Below, piece by piece: positions 28,284 to 37,705 of a stretch of DNA of 64,000 nt; the first letter of the stretch is position 1, and each line of letters starts with the position of its first letter. Where the stretch lies: positions 7,489 through 71,488 of IMG/VR virus record IMGVR_UViG_3300033233_000031. One strand, 5' to 3'. Source of the DNA: a virus. The notes below the pieces were generated by a model. That model was not told where the DNA came from. It did not search any database and saw nothing but the letters and a program-made list of their open reading frames with translations. The position numbers and the translations under genes were made by a program.

Positions 28284-28849
28284 GCGCGGGCCCCAACGAT
28301 CTCCACAACCTCGTCGCCGAGGTCCTGGCGGAGGCGTCCTACGCGCTCGATTCGCTTCCGGGTTACGACGCGACGCTTGAGGGTGCGCCGGATCGGCAGT
28401 TCGTCTCCCCAGGCACGCCTGTGCAGGATTTCGTCAGCGCCGACTGCTGCTCACAGCTCGCGGCGTGGGCGGCTCCGATCAACGAGGCCGACACCTCGCC
28501 GGGTGGACTAGACGCAGGGAAGAGATCCTCGCGGTTCGCCTGGATCAATCAGGTCGGCATCTACATCGGGATTGACCGCTGCATCCCAGGCGGTGAAATG
28601 AGCGGCTCGGGGATCTTCACACCGCCAGCTGCCGACACGCTGACCGAGGTTTCTCGGCAGTACCACGCGGATGCCTGGGTGCTCTGGAACTACCTCCATG
28701 AGGCTGTGCACGCCGCCCGTCTGCTTACACTCTGCGACGAAATGTTCTTCGACACCATCACGCCGTCCACCCCTACTGGCGGATGCTGTGGGTGGGTTGT
28801 TTCACTACGCGCAGCGCTCGGCGGCTTCTCAGAGAGCCTCGGTTCGTAG
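28280..28849 (+). CDS. tail terminator-like protein
   Basis: Cys-rich DCC, IDRC and P.GGCCGW motifs; position before chaperones. Confidence 0.55.
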   Translation: MSAGPNDLHNLVAEVLAEASYALDSLPGYDATLEGAPDRQFVSPGTPVQDFVSADCCSQLAAWAAPINEADTSPGGLDAGKRSSRFAWINQVGIYIGIDRCIPGGEMSGSGIFTPPAADTLTEVSRQYHADAWVLWNYLHEAVHAARLLTLCDEMFFDTITPSTPTGGCCGWVVSLRAALGGFSESLGS

Positions 28850-29410
28850 GCCATGCCGGCCACCGATCCGCAGGTGCCTCATGACGGTATCCCGGGTGAC
28901 GCCGAACATGCGCGCTAACGCTCGGACAGATTTTCCGCTGGAATAGAGATTTGCCATCCTGGCGATCTGGATTTCATCCAGCTTGGCTCCCCTTCCTCGA
29001 CGTTGATTGACCGACTGCGTGACTGGCTCGATGTGATCGGGATTGACGCACAGACGCACGCGACATAGATGATCGGCCTGGAGGCCAGCGGGCCAGGGCC
29101 CAATTCTCTCCTCCCAAACTGCACGATGAGCGACGACCTTCTTGCCGCAGACACTCACCTGACCATATCCACGCTCTCCCACTGTGGCGCGCTTCCAGAC
29201 CCAACAAGGCGTCTTGTACCCCTTGTCCTCGATGCTGAAGTACCGCTCATCGAGTACGTGCTTGCGACGAAGGCTTGAGATTCGGCCTCTGTTCTGATGG
29301 CCGTTGACGAACCGCCTGGGCTTCCCCTTCTCGTACCCTCGAGCCCTATCTGTGAAGGAAGCGACTGGGGCAGGCTCCCCGCATCCGCACTCACACATCG
29401 TCACTGCCAT
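28829..29410 (-). CDS. HNH homing endonuclease with C-terminal HTH
   Basis: CECGCG, PCWVWK, VAHRAVW and DHLCRVRLCVNPDHIEPVT motifs; HTH SVRALARMFGVTRDTV. Confidence 0.9.
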   Translation of the reverse strand: MAVTMCECGCGEPAPVASFTDRARGYEKGKPRRFVNGHQNRGRISSLRRKHVLDERYFSIEDKGYKTPCWVWKRATVGERGYGQVSVCGKKVVAHRAVWEERIGPWPAGLQADHLCRVRLCVNPDHIEPVTQSVNQRRGRGAKLDEIQIARMANLYSSGKSVRALARMFGVTRDTVMRHLRIGGRHGLRTEAL

Positions 29411-29419
29411 CTAGGCGCA

Positions 29420-29455
29420 ACATATTGGCGATGTCGGATGGCATCGCCAATATGT
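29420..29455. repeat. perfect 14-bp inverted repeat between divergent genes
   Basis: ACATATTGGCGATG-N8-CATCGCCAATATGT. Confidence 0.85.
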
Positions 29456-29492
29456 GGCCACCTACTGCCGTTCTCATCACTAAGGAGGAAGG

Positions 29493-29906
29493 GTGGCAAA
29501 GAACTTCGACGAGCTTTACAGCATTGACCGCGAATTCGTCATTGCTGGCGAGACGTTCGCATGGCGCCCCGTGCACTGGCGTGTGTACGGCGAGTGGTTC
29601 GAGAACGCCTCGAAGGAAGAGCAGAGCGAGGAAGAGGGCAAGGTCGGCGAAGAGGGGAAGGCCGGCGGCCTGAAGCTCGTTCGCTCCTACGAGCAGATGG
29701 TCGACGGCATCGCGCTCTACCTCGCACCGGAGGAGGCGGAGCGCTTCAGGGCGCTCGCCGAGGATCCGGAGAAGCCGGTTACGGCCGTACTGCTGAGCGC
29801 GGTCTTCACCTGGCTCACGGAGGTGCAGGCGAACCGCCCTACGGATCAGTCCTCACCCTCCAACGGTGGGGATGGAGCCGTCGCTCCTACCTTGCAGGCC
29901 GTGTAA
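29493..29906 (+). CDS. tail assembly chaperone (G)
   Basis: AAGGAGG RBS; position before tape measure; ends ...NRPT plus a low-complexity tail. Confidence 0.75.
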   Translation: MAKNFDELYSIDREFVIAGETFAWRPVHWRVYGEWFENASKEEQSEEEGKVGEEGKAGGLKLVRSYEQMVDGIALYLAPEEAERFRALAEDPEKPVTAVLLSAVFTWLTEVQANRPTDQSSPSNGGDGAVAPTLQAV

Positions 29907-30202
29907 CGCTCGGGGGAGGAAATCCAGAGGCGATGACCTCCCTCGAATTTCTCAACGCAACCCACGCAGTACTGATCGAGGAGTTCATGCGCCCGCGCTT
30001 CGTAGGCGCGACGCAGGTTCCCGGACTCGATCTGGAGAAGTCGCTCGAGGCAGCCTCGATCTGGGCTGAGGGCTACGCAAGACCTGGGCAGGATCTACCG
30101 CCAGCGGTAGAACGGCACGCCGAGGATGAGGTCGTTGCTCAGAACGAGGCGGCGCTGGCACAGATCCAGGCAATGATGGGCGGCATGACAGGGATGAACT
30201 GA
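29837..30202 (+). CDS. tail assembly chaperone -1 frame extension (GT)
   Basis: Overlapping -1 frame open from CCC TAC to the tape measure start; an alternative ATG exists at 29933. Confidence 0.6.
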   Translation, partial: PYGSVLTLQRWGWSRRSYLAGRVTLGGGNPEAMTSLEFLNATHAVLIEEFMRPRFVGATQVPGLDLEKSLEAASIWAEGYARPGQDLPPAVERHAEDEVVAQNEAALAQIQAMMGGMTGMN

Positions 30203-33200
30203 TGGCTCAGGACTACTTCGCAACAGCATTCGTACGGGTCAAGGCCGACCCGGCCGAATTCAAGCGAACCCTGAAGGCGACGATCGAGGCCGCCCAGAAC
30301 ACGGTCAAGCCGCTCAAGGTCCCGATCGTCTTCGTCCCGACAGCCTTCAAGAAGTCGATCCAGGACGTGATCCGAGCGGCTGGCCCGTTCAAGGCGAAGA
30401 TCGAGCCGGACACCTCGGGTTTCCAGAAGAAGCTCCAGACCCAGCTGAAGGGCATCAAGATCCCGGTCCAGGTCATCCCGGTTGCGGGACCGGAAGTCAG
30501 GCAGGCGATCAAGAGCATCCAGGCGTCAGCGGTTGGCGGAATTGCCGCAGCGGCCGCTGCACCGCCTGTCATCCCAGCGTCATTCGTGCGCGGGGCGGTA
30601 CCGCTTCCGACGCCTACGGTGCTGTTGCCGCCGCCGCCAGCGGGGCGTCAGACGGGGTCAGGGGCGGGAGGTGGACTCGCCCGCCTCACGATCGAAGAGA
30701 AGGCCCTGCAGCAGGTAGAGAGCACGAGAAGGACGCTCCTCGAGGGAGTCACGAGGGCGCAGACTCAATACGACGCTGCGATCAAGGCTGAACTCGAGCC
30801 CACCGCTGCCCTAGAACAGCTCACGGTAGCTCTCAACACCGCGGAGAAGGCTCACCTCGCGATCATCACTCAGGGGGCGCTCGAGGAACAAAACCTGGCC
30901 AAGGCCAGAGTGAGAGGCCTGGTGGGCATCACAAACCAAAGCGCTGAGCTGAAGGCAAAAGTGAAGCAGACCAAGGACGACGTCGTGGCGACGATCGCGA
31001 ATACAGCCGCCCAGGCGACGTACCAGAAGCTCATCGCGGAAGCCGCCGTGATTCAGGCGGCCGACATCAGTCAGATCAAGACCAAGTCGGGCCTGCGCTC
31101 GTTTGAAGCCCGTCGACTGGCTGTCGTCAATGGTCTCCAGCAGCAGGTTGCTATAGGTGCGGGGCGCGCGGCACAGGCTGCGCAGGGAGTCGCTGGCGCC
31201 CTGACCGAAGAGGCCGCGGCCTACGACAAGGACGCCGCCGCGATCCTCAAGAACGTCCTTGCTCGCGGCGCAGATGTTCAGGCCCAGCGCAAGACGATCA
31301 GCTCGGCCACGAACAATGCGCGCAGAACCAGCCAGGTCACTCGCGGTGGTGAGGCTACGGGTCTCTCGCTGCTGGGCATCCGCGGCGCCACGCTCGCGGC
31401 GAGCAGCGCATTCCTCGTCGGCGCTGCAGCCGTCACGGTCTTCGCCAAGGCCGTGAAGTCGGCCAGCGGACTTCAGACAGAGCTCAACGTCTTCCAGGTC
31501 ACAGCCGGAGCGACTGCCGACCAGATGAAGCGCGTGCGCGAGCAGGCAATCGCGCTCGGCGATGACCTGACGCTCCCGTCCGTCAGCGCGTCGGATGCAG
31601 CCACGGCGATGACCGAGCTCGCCAAGGCAGGTCTGTCGGTCCAGGATTCGATCGACGGCGCGCGCGGCGTCCTCGAGCTCGCTACTGCGGCGGCGATCGA
31701 CAATGCGGCGGCCACGCAGATCGTCGCAAGCGCGCTGAATGCCTTCGGCCTCAGCGGCCGAGATGCCGTGAAGGTTGCCGACGTGCTCGCGAATGCGGCC
31801 GACGCGGCCCAGGGATCGATCGCCGACATGGGTCTGGCACTGGCGCAGTCGGCGGCGGTCGGACGCCAGGTCGGCCTGTCTATCGCGGACACGACCTCAT
31901 TCCTCACGACACTGGCGCGCGCAGGCCTTCGAGGCTCAGACGCAGGAACGTCGCTGCGCACCGCCCTGATCAGAATCATCAACCCGAGCAAGGCGGCCAC
32001 GGCCATCTTCGAGAAGCTCGGCATCACCGTGCGAGACGCAGAGGGGCATTTGAAGCCCGACTTCTTCGTCAATCTCGGCATCGCCATTCAGGGAATGGGC
32101 AAGCGTCAGCGCGACGCGACCCTGGCGCTGATCGGCGGCCAGGACGCCGTGCGCGCGCTGTCGATCCTCACCAGGCAGAACATCGGCGATCTGATCAAGC
32201 AGCGCGACACCATCAACACGAGCGGCAAGGCGCTCCTGGATTCCGCCGCACGCACGAAGGGGCTCGCCGGTGCCAGCGAGTCACTGAAGAACACACTGGA
32301 GACCCTCGGCGTACAACTGGGGGGAAATGTCACTACTGGCCTCTCCAACTTCGTCAACACGCTGAACAGAGGAGTCCAGTCGCTGACTTCATCCCAGTCC
32401 CTCAAGAGCGCGCTCGGGACAATCGGCGCCGCATTGCACAACTTCTCTGCAGCCATTGGATCTGTCGCCTCCGGGCTCACCCATCTGGAGTTTGTTCCAA
32501 AGGCGCTGGCATCGGTCTTTGGAGCGGTTGGCGCCACACCCATCTTCACCGCAATCGCCTCGTTCAAGCTCCTGTCTGGGGTGATGGACTCATTCAATGC
32601 GAAGTCCGCCGAGACTGGCAAGCGGACCGGAGCTCTGGGGAGAGCCTTCCAAAGCGCATCCGGCTTCGCTCTTCTTTTCAGAGGGGCGGCGAGGGAAGTG
32701 GGGACAACTATCAAAGAAGCAGGCGTGGCTGCTGGGGGATTCAGGGCTGTGGCGGCAGGAGCTGCGGCGGGGCTGGGAGCAATGGCATCGGGCGCCCTCG
32801 CATTTGCAACGAGTCTCCCCGGGATCATTGCGGGAGTCGCCCTACTCGCAGGCGGTCTCATCTTCCTTCTCACGAGAGAGAGCGCCGCAACGCACGCCGC
32901 CAAGGAGCTCAAGAATGCTCTGGATGCGCTCTCCAGCACGACCGACAAGAACGCCGACGCGCAGAGGAGAAACGTCCAGGCCACTGCCGATCTCAGGGCG
33001 GCACGCGACCAGGTCACCGCAGCCGCCATAGCTTCAAATGCAGCTGACAAGGCGGCTGCGGCAGCCCCAGCATCCGGTCGTGTCCAGGCCATCAATGACG
33101 CGAAGATTGCGTTCGACAACCTTCGCCAAGCCGTTCTCACGGAGCAGCAGGCAGAAGCAGATGCTCGCACAGCATCGGTGGCCGCATCGCAGGCAAAGAT

Positions 33201-35094
33201 CGATCTCGATAAGGCTCGAGGGCAGTCGATCAAGGATCTGAACCAAGAACTCGCCGCGCAGCAAGATAAGGCCGCGCAATTCACAGGAGGAGGAGGAGTC
33301 CAGCTAGACCAGATCCAACTTGCTCTCAATCTGGAGCGGGCGCATAAGGACTTCATCAAGACCCTCCAAAAGGAAGCGCAGCAGCAGGACCACAACAACA
33401 CCGACGCATCGCATGCGGTTGCCGCACGGATCCGCGAGGTCATCAACTTCGCCAAGCAGGTTAAGGGTCTGCCGAACAAGCAGCAGATCGACATCCTCTT
33501 CAACTTCGCGAAGTCGCCGCGGGAGGTCGCACAAGAGCTTGCGGATTCGATCGGGAGGGGAGGAGGAGCAGCCGGGAAAGCATTCGTCGACAGCCTGGCG
33601 AATGGCATCTCACTCGCGGGGACAGCGGCTAAGGGCCCCGCCGATGATCTTCTGAACCAGATAAAGGCTCAGTTTGGCAACGCCGGAAATGATGCTGGGC
33701 TGAGCTTCCTCCAGTCCTTCATCGCAGCGCTCGCTTCTGGCGACCCCAGCAAGATCCTGGGTGCTCTACTCGGCAATCTCGCGAAGCCTCAGCCGCAGGG
33801 GAGCAAGCTCAACCTGGCTGATGCCGGTGCGCTCGCCGCAGCCACTGGTGCGTCACAGGGAGATCAGCTGGCAGCTGCACAGAAGCGTGCGGATAACGAC
33901 CGGCGTGTGCTGGCGCAGCTGGTTCATCTCAACCAGAATGCGACTGACGCCCAGATCCGGGCAGCGGGGGAGAGCGGGAAGTTCTCGAAGAAGCGGCGCG
34001 ATGCGATCAACAAGGCTGCATCCGATCTCGCTCAGGATAAGTCAACGATCGCGGGCATCCAGCAGGGTCAGGCGTCGGCTGCCGAGGCTTCCCAGCAGAA
34101 GGCTCAAGCCGCCCAGCAGAAGGCCGATCAGGCGATCATCTCCAGCATCGGCGTCAAGGAGCAGGGTCTTCTCAACAAGCTGCTGAGGGCGCAGCAGACG
34201 AAGCGGCTCTCGGACGACATCACGCGCGAGAAGGAGCTCGTCCGCTTCTACAGACGCGAGATCAACATCGTCAGAAGGACGGTCAAGAACGGCCAGACCC
34301 AGGACGATGAGGTCAGGGCGCTCCAGCAGAAGATCCTCCAGATTCGAGTGGTTGATCTGCCGCGCGACAGGGCTGCCCAGAAGAAGGCCATCGCAGATGC
34401 CAAGACGGCGGCGAACGCCGTGCGCGAGCAGAAGATTCAGCTCGATATCCAGTTCGCCCAGACGACCGGGAACAAGTCGCTCGAGATCAGACTCCACGAG
34501 CGGCTGATCGCCGCACTCAAGCAGGACGAGCGGAACCTGATCAAGGAGAAGGGTCAGCACGCAAAGAACACCATCGCCTACAAGGAGCTACGCAACCAGA
34601 TCGCCGTCGAGGAGAAGGCGATCAGCGACCTGAAGGCGCAGAACGACGCCAAGACCGACGCCACGCGAGCTCTGTTCTTCAGCTTCCTCCAGTCGCAGCA
34701 GGGATTCGCGTCGAACCTCTTCTCCAACCTGATCCCGGGGTTCGCCCGTGGCGGACTCGTAGGTGGCGGCAACGGACCGAACATCCCGGGGTCGCCGGCG
34801 CCAGTGACCGGCCCGGGCTTCGGCGGTGGTCTGCTCAAACCACAGCCGACACTGTCCGGCACCCAGATCCTCTCTGAGGGCGCCAGGCCTGGTGACGCGC
34901 TTGCCAGAGCTGCGAGTTCCAATATCGCGGCAGGGAATCCTGGCGGGGCGACGACCGGACAGGCTGCGACGATGATCAAGTTGCTCGGGGACCTGGTCAT
35001 CGCCGTTCGTGGGCTCAGTCGCGGTACCGAGCATCCAGAGGCCCGCACGCAGAGGAAGCGCGGAGCGACCGTCGGCGACGACTGGTGGAACTAG
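30202..35094 (+). CDS. tape measure protein (TP901-like core)
   Basis: 1630 aa, Ala-rich; AMTELAKAGLS, ALNAFGL and AGLRGSDAGTSLRT motifs. Confidence 0.95.
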   Translation: MAQDYFATAFVRVKADPAEFKRTLKATIEAAQNTVKPLKVPIVFVPTAFKKSIQDVIRAAGPFKAKIEPDTSGFQKKLQTQLKGIKIPVQVIPVAGPEVRQAIKSIQASAVGGIAAAAAAPPVIPASFVRGAVPLPTPTVLLPPPPAGRQTGSGAGGGLARLTIEEKALQQVESTRRTLLEGVTRAQTQYDAAIKAELEPTAALEQLTVALNTAEKAHLAIITQGALEEQNLAKARVRGLVGITNQSAELKAKVKQTKDDVVATIANTAAQATYQKLIAEAAVIQAADISQIKTKSGLRSFEARRLAVVNGLQQQVAIGAGRAAQAAQGVAGALTEEAAAYDKDAAAILKNVLARGADVQAQRKTISSATNNARRTSQVTRGGEATGLSLLGIRGATLAASSAFLVGAAAVTVFAKAVKSASGLQTELNVFQVTAGATADQMKRVREQAIALGDDLTLPSVSASDAATAMTELAKAGLSVQDSIDGARGVLELATAAAIDNAAATQIVASALNAFGLSGRDAVKVADVLANAADAAQGSIADMGLALAQSAAVGRQVGLSIADTTSFLTTLARAGLRGSDAGTSLRTALIRIINPSKAATAIFEKLGITVRDAEGHLKPDFFVNLGIAIQGMGKRQRDATLALIGGQDAVRALSILTRQNIGDLIKQRDTINTSGKALLDSAARTKGLAGASESLKNTLETLGVQLGGNVTTGLSNFVNTLNRGVQSLTSSQSLKSALGTIGAALHNFSAAIGSVASGLTHLEFVPKALASVFGAVGATPIFTAIASFKLLSGVMDSFNAKSAETGKRTGALGRAFQSASGFALLFRGAAREVGTTIKEAGVAAGGFRAVAAGAAAGLGAMASGALAFATSLPGIIAGVALLAGGLIFLLTRESAATHAAKELKNALDALSSTTDKNADAQRRNVQATADLRAARDQVTAAAIASNAADKAAAAAPASGRVQAINDAKIAFDNLRQAVLTEQQAEADARTASVAASQAKIDLDKARGQSIKDLNQELAAQQDKAAQFTGGGGVQLDQIQLALNLERAHKDFIKTLQKEAQQQDHNNTDASHAVAARIREVINFAKQVKGLPNKQQIDILFNFAKSPREVAQELADSIGRGGGAAGKAFVDSLANGISLAGTAAKGPADDLLNQIKAQFGNAGNDAGLSFLQSFIAALASGDPSKILGALLGNLAKPQPQGSKLNLADAGALAAATGASQGDQLAAAQKRADNDRRVLAQLVHLNQNATDAQIRAAGESGKFSKKRRDAINKAASDLAQDKSTIAGIQQGQASAAEASQQKAQAAQQKADQAIISSIGVKEQGLLNKLLRAQQTKRLSDDITREKELVRFYRREINIVRRTVKNGQTQDDEVRALQQKILQIRVVDLPRDRAAQKKAIADAKTAANAVREQKIQLDIQFAQTTGNKSLEIRLHERLIAALKQDERNLIKEKGQHAKNTIAYKELRNQIAVEEKAISDLKAQNDAKTDATRALFFSFLQSQQGFASNLFSNLIPGFARGGLVGGGNGPNIPGSPAPVTGPGFGGGLLKPQPTLSGTQILSEGARPGDALARAASSNIAAGNPGGATTGQAATMIKLLGDLVIAVRGLSRGTEHPEARTQRKRGATVGDDWWN

Positions 35095-35097
35095 ACC

Positions 35098-35568
35098 TTG
35101 GCTGACCTGACCGTCCACTATCACCTCGTCACTGGCGCCGGGACCATCGTCTTCAACAACGGGGCGCTCAAGTCGCTGACCGATCTCTACTGGATTCAGT
35201 CAATCCAGGGGCTCGACGGTGCCCCCATCCGCGCTCCAGTCGACAACGTCGGCTTCGGTGACGGCGGACTCGTGCACACCTTCTGGAAGGGGGCGAGACG
35301 CATCACCTTCGACGGGATGATCTTCATCCAGTCGGTAGGCATCGGGGGCGACTGCCGCGCGCCCCTGAACGCGATGGAGGAGGCCCTCCGCGCGGCGACA
35401 GAGAGCATCCTCGCGGTGGACGGAACGCTGACCTGGACGCCAGTCGGCCAGAGCGCGCGATCGCTGACGGTACGCACCGAGGTCCCGCTCGACTGCCAGC
35501 CGCAGGAGAACTACGCCCTGCGCTCCTTCTCCTTCGGGCTCGTAGCGGCCAACCCAGACTGGGTCTGA
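35098..35568 (+). CDS. distal tail (Dit-like) protein
   Basis: Directly follows tape measure; IQGLDGAPIR..DG..ARRITF..LVAANP. Confidence 0.7.
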   Translation: MADLTVHYHLVTGAGTIVFNNGALKSLTDLYWIQSIQGLDGAPIRAPVDNVGFGDGGLVHTFWKGARRITFDGMIFIQSVGIGGDCRAPLNAMEEALRAATESILAVDGTLTWTPVGQSARSLTVRTEVPLDCQPQENYALRSFSFGLVAANPDWV

Positions 35569-36866
35569 TGTCGACGGCAACTGTCTGGATCGACGGTGTC
35601 GACGTCACTGCGGAAGCCCAAGCGGGCTCGGCGACGCGTCGGCTGAATCGGCCTAGCGTCGCATCCGTGACGCTTCCCTATGACGCCTCGATCGGAGGCG
35701 CAGGATCACGCCTGAAGATCGCCTTCGACGGAAACCTCTTCTTCCACGGGACGATCCTGATGTGCGAGACCGACTGCGATACAGAGTCGGGCACGACTGT
35801 CTACAACGCCACCGACCCGATGGAGATGTGGCAGTGGCGTCCGGCGCGCGACTACGACTCGATCACACCCGGCAACTTCGTCGATCCCTACTTCACGAAG
35901 ACGATCGCGCTGGGCGGCAAGCAGACCGGCCCGCAGATGGTCCAATCGATGCTGCAGGCTTCAGAGAACGCCGCGCTGATCCCGAGCGCCGCAGAGGGAC
36001 CGCTCTTCATCACCTTCGGAGGGTTCGCGGGCGGGGGTATCGATCTTTCCGGCATCCCGGTCAACTGGCCGATGACGATCATGGAGGTCGTCTCGCTGCT
36101 GACGTCGACAGGTGAGGTCGATGTCATCCTGACGCCGATCGACGCCGGCGGGAACATGGCCCAGGTAGACGTCTATAACGGCAACCACGGGACAGACCGC
36201 TCCGGCAGTGTGATCTTCGACTTCGGCATGGGCTCCAGGAACGTGCAGGGGGTGCGCTGGAGCGAAGACATGACGAGCCTGAGGAACAAGATCCAGTACT
36301 TCTTCACGCCGAAGGAGACGACTCGTCGCTACAAGGCCAACATCACGGGTGATGATCCGTGCCTGCCGGGAAACCTCGGCAACCCTGGTGGGCCAGGAGG
36401 GTCAATCGATCCAGCCGACGACGGAGCGACCCATCCGTCGTGGCTCGCCCCAGGTCAGCTCGGGAAGCTCATCTACTCCTCTCGCCAGCAGTACGGCGTG
36501 CGCATGGCGATCGAGACCTTCGACGTGGATTCCATCGTCTCGAAGCAGGGCTGTGTGACGGGCGCGCCCACACTGGGGTGCTGCGACTGCCCGGACCCGA
36601 CCAGGGTTCTCTTCCGCAAGCTCTGGCAGATCGAGTCGTGGGCTTCGGCACAGGCGCTCGAGATGGTGCACGTCACGCCCGAGCGGGACGCGGAGATCGC
36701 GACATTCGACATCGGCGATCTCGTCGGCGTCAACATCTCCCCGACGATCCGCGGCGGCAAGAGCGGCGTCGAGAGGGTCTACGAGTACACCATCTCGTGG
36801 GACGCGGAGGCGAGCGTGCCAGCACTCAGCGAGCTCGTGACGTCAGCCTCTCAGGAAGGTGCATGA
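35568..36866 (+). CDS. minor tail (baseplate hub-like) protein
   Basis: Position; RRLNRPSVASVT and FDIGDLV motifs. Confidence 0.7.
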   Translation: MSTATVWIDGVDVTAEAQAGSATRRLNRPSVASVTLPYDASIGGAGSRLKIAFDGNLFFHGTILMCETDCDTESGTTVYNATDPMEMWQWRPARDYDSITPGNFVDPYFTKTIALGGKQTGPQMVQSMLQASENAALIPSAAEGPLFITFGGFAGGGIDLSGIPVNWPMTIMEVVSLLTSTGEVDVILTPIDAGGNMAQVDVYNGNHGTDRSGSVIFDFGMGSRNVQGVRWSEDMTSLRNKIQYFFTPKETTRRYKANITGDDPCLPGNLGNPGGPGGSIDPADDGATHPSWLAPGQLGKLIYSSRQQYGVRMAIETFDVDSIVSKQGCVTGAPTLGCCDCPDPTRVLFRKLWQIESWASAQALEMVHVTPERDAEIATFDIGDLVGVNISPTIRGGKSGVERVYEYTISWDAEASVPALSELVTSASQEGA

Positions 36867-37375
36867 TGACAAAGAGTCTCGCGGAGCCCACGTTCCCACG
36901 CGACATCGCGGCCAGCCGTTTTGGCGTCAAGGGTCAGAGGCAGAAGCCACTTGCCAGCAACTGGATCACTCCCGACTGTCTGGATATTCTCAACGGGACA
37001 GGCGCCTACGGTGGTGGCTTCAACGGCGGTCGTCTATCCGACGTCGACTGCGGCTTGGTCGGCGGCGTCGGAGAGGTCATTCTCCAGAACAGCTGGCTGC
37101 AGCCACCCGGCACGCTCGAGCTCTTCGCTGTCCGCAAGCACATGGACGGATCGCTCGAATTCAAAGGGCATCTAGACGCCTCCGGGGGTGCTGTCTCTGG
37201 GACGGTCGCGGTCACTCTTCCTGGCGCGGGAGATTGCGAGCCCGATTATCTTCCACCCTACGATCAGTACTTCTCAACGGTCATCACGCCCGACAACGGC
37301 GCGACCTTTTCGATCGCACTCGTCTTCGCCGATTCGACGACGGGTGACGTCACTATCACCTGGCCAGCCACCTAG
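36863..37375 (+). CDS. minor tail protein
   Basis: LQNSW..VRKHMDGSLEFKG..TVAVTLP fibre-tip-like pattern; ATGA coupling. Confidence 0.55.
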   Translation: MMTKSLAEPTFPRDIAASRFGVKGQRQKPLASNWITPDCLDILNGTGAYGGGFNGGRLSDVDCGLVGGVGEVILQNSWLQPPGTLELFAVRKHMDGSLEFKGHLDASGGAVSGTVAVTLPGAGDCEPDYLPPYDQYFSTVITPDNGATFSIALVFADSTTGDVTITWPAT

Positions 37376-37403
37376 AGGTACCGCTGGCGGGAAAGGAGAT
37401 CGT

Positions 37404-37703
37404 ATGGCAGTCACAGAAGGCCAGGTTGACGTCTCGGCCGCCGCGACGCAGATTGTGCCACCGACGACCGACAGGATGCCACGAGGCTTCGCCAGTCGGA
37501 TCGGCCCAACGCGATGCATCGTCGTCAAGAACACCGGGCCAGACACTGTGTACGTCGGAGGAACCGGGGTGGCCGCCGACACCGGCATCCCAATCTCGAA
37601 CGCCGGCAGCTTCACATTCTGGGTGTACCAGGACGAAGAGATCTGGGCGATCTGCGCGGCAGCGAAGACCGCGACGATCGCGTACTTCCAGTCCGGCGGG
37701 TAG
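37404..37703 (+). CDS. small beta-sandwich structural protein
   Basis: AAAGGAG RBS; [26 protein letters not shown]. Confidence 0.6.
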   Translation: MAVTEGQVDVSAAATQIVPPTTDRMPRGFASRIGPTRCIVVKNTGPDTVYVGGTGVAADTGIPISNAGSFTFWVYQDEEIWAICAAAKTATIAYFQSGG

Positions 37704-37705
37704 CC

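Noticed and set aside
32106-33608. 500-aa minus-strand ORF
   Set aside because: Shadow of the Ala-rich tape measure gene
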